This document shows, piece by piece, positions 62,585 to 64,000 of a stretch of 64,000 nucleotides of DNA (its first letter is position 1; every line of letters begins with the position of its first letter). The notes under the pieces were generated by a model that was not told where the DNA came from, did not search any database, and was given only the letters and a program-made list of their open reading frames with translations. This stretch comes from Chiloscyllium plagiosum (taxonomy: Eukaryota): assembly GCF_004010195.1 (NCBI RefSeq), contig NC_057728.1:48777152-48841151 (forward strand), given 5' to 3'. Position numbers and translations under genes: made by a program.

Positions 62585-63940
62585 TAGAGTCATACAGCAC
62601 GGAAACACACCCTTCTGTCCAACTAGTCCACATCAACCATAAGTTCAAACTAAACTAGTCTCACCTGCCTGCGTTTGGCCCATATCCTCCATACATTTCT
62701 TATTCATGGACTTAGCTAAATATCTTTTAAATGTTGCAAATGTACCTACACCTACCACTTCCTCTGGAAGCTCATTTCACACATGAACCACACTGTGTAA
62801 ACAAAAACTACCCCTTTTTTCTAAATCCTTTTGGTCTCACCTTGAAAATACACCTTCTAGTCTTAAAATTCCCCACCATAGGGGAAAAACACCTGCCATT
62901 CACCTTATCTGTACCCTTCATGATTTTATAAACCTCAATAGGTCACCCTTCAACCTCCTGCACTCCAGTGAAAAAGGTTCCAGCATATCCAGCGTCTCTT
63001 TATGGACAAACTGTCCATTCCCAGCAACATCCTGGTAAATCTTTTCTGAGCCCTCTCCAAATTAATAGTATCCTTCCTATGACAGGGCGACCAGAATATT
63101 CCAGAAGAGGCCTCACCAATGTCTTGTACAACCTCAACATAACATCCCAATGCCTATACTCAAAGATTAGATTAGACCACCTACTGTGTGGAAACTGGCC
63201 CTTTGGCCCTACAAGTCAACACCAACCCTCCGAAGAGTAACCCACCCAGACCCACTTCCCTCTGACTAATGTACTTAACACTATGGAGGAAATCGGAGCA
63301 CCCAGAGGAAACCCACGTAGACACGGGGAGAATGTGCCAACTCCACACAGATAGTTGCCCGAGGCTGAAATCAAACCTGGGTCCCTGGTGCTGTGAGGCA
63401 TGAGTGTAAACCACTGAGCCACTATGCCTCTCTAGGTCTGAGCAATGAAGACAAACATGCTAAACACCTTCTTAACCACCTTATCTATATGTGATGCAAA
63501 CTTCAAAGAATATGTACCTCAACCCTTAGATATCTCTGTTCTACAACACTATACAAGGTCTTACTTTTAATTGTATTAGTCCTGCCCTTGTTTGTTTTAC
63601 CAAAATACAATTTCTCACATTTATCCAAATTTATCTCCATCTGCCAGTCTTTAGCCCATTGACCCAAGTGATCAAGATCTCCTTATAATCTTAGAAAACT
63701 TTCTTCACTGTCCATTGTACCACCAATTTTGGTGTCATCCATAAACTTACTAATCATGTCTTCTATGTTCTCATCTAAATCATTTATATAAATAACAAAC
63801 AAAAGTGGACACAGCACTGTTCCTTGGGAACACCAATGGCCACAAGCCTCCAGTCCAAAAAAAAAACTTTCCACCATCACCCTCTGTCACCTGCCTTTAA
63901 GCCAAGTTTGATACATTCACAAGCATACTCTGAATCCTAT
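62585..63940 (-). mobile_element. CR1 LINE interrupted by a SINE
   Basis: QGTVLCPLLFVIYINDLD, SKFMDDTKIGG, LERAQKRFTRML; SINE inserted at 63165-63430. Confidence 0.85.
63165..63430 (-). mobile_element. HE1-type SINE
   Basis: tRNA head tggctcagtgg...ggtttgatttc and CR1-derived tail. Confidence 0.8.
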
Positions 63941-64000
63941 GTGGAGCTATGACAAGTAAGTAATATATGAGAAAGGAAAGTATACATACGAAAAGCAGAG

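Noticed and set aside
62102..64000. Exon 4 of the aspartic protease
   Set aside because: No YGxG-containing exon with suitable splice sites was seen; the region is mostly CR1 and SINE, so upstream exons probably lie beyond the window.

Overview
Vertebrate genomic DNA, dense in transposable elements. The CR1 LINEs, HE1-type tRNA-derived V-SINEs and other repeat families suggest a cartilaginous fish, probably a carpet/bamboo shark (inference). Two protein-coding genes lie on the minus strand. (1) The 5' part of rab3ip (Rabin8): two coding exons (4647-4882 and 999-1254) and a CpG-rich promoter at about 24.4-25.4 kb. (2) The last five exons of a pepsin-family aspartic protease most like nothepsin / cathepsin E-A-like (62101 down to the stop at 53383); exon sizes and splice phases fit the family and the second catalytic DTG is intact. 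The rest is CR1, L2-like and Tx1/L1 LINE fragments, SINEs, solo LTRs and Penelope-like termini carrying minimal hammerhead ribozyme cores. The standout feature is a 3.8-kb array at 36861-40641. About 18 poly(A)-tailed pieces, nearly all 3' ends of a Tx1-like non-LTR retrotransposon, are stacked head-to-tail at one site, the TATA region of an LTR-like element. They are separated by copies of a 13-bp target sequence (AAACAGGGGATTC). The array shows signs of polarised growth, a shared 5' truncation point, alternative 3' ends and one captured unrelated repeat with its own A-tail, so it behaves like a log of successive RNA insertions.
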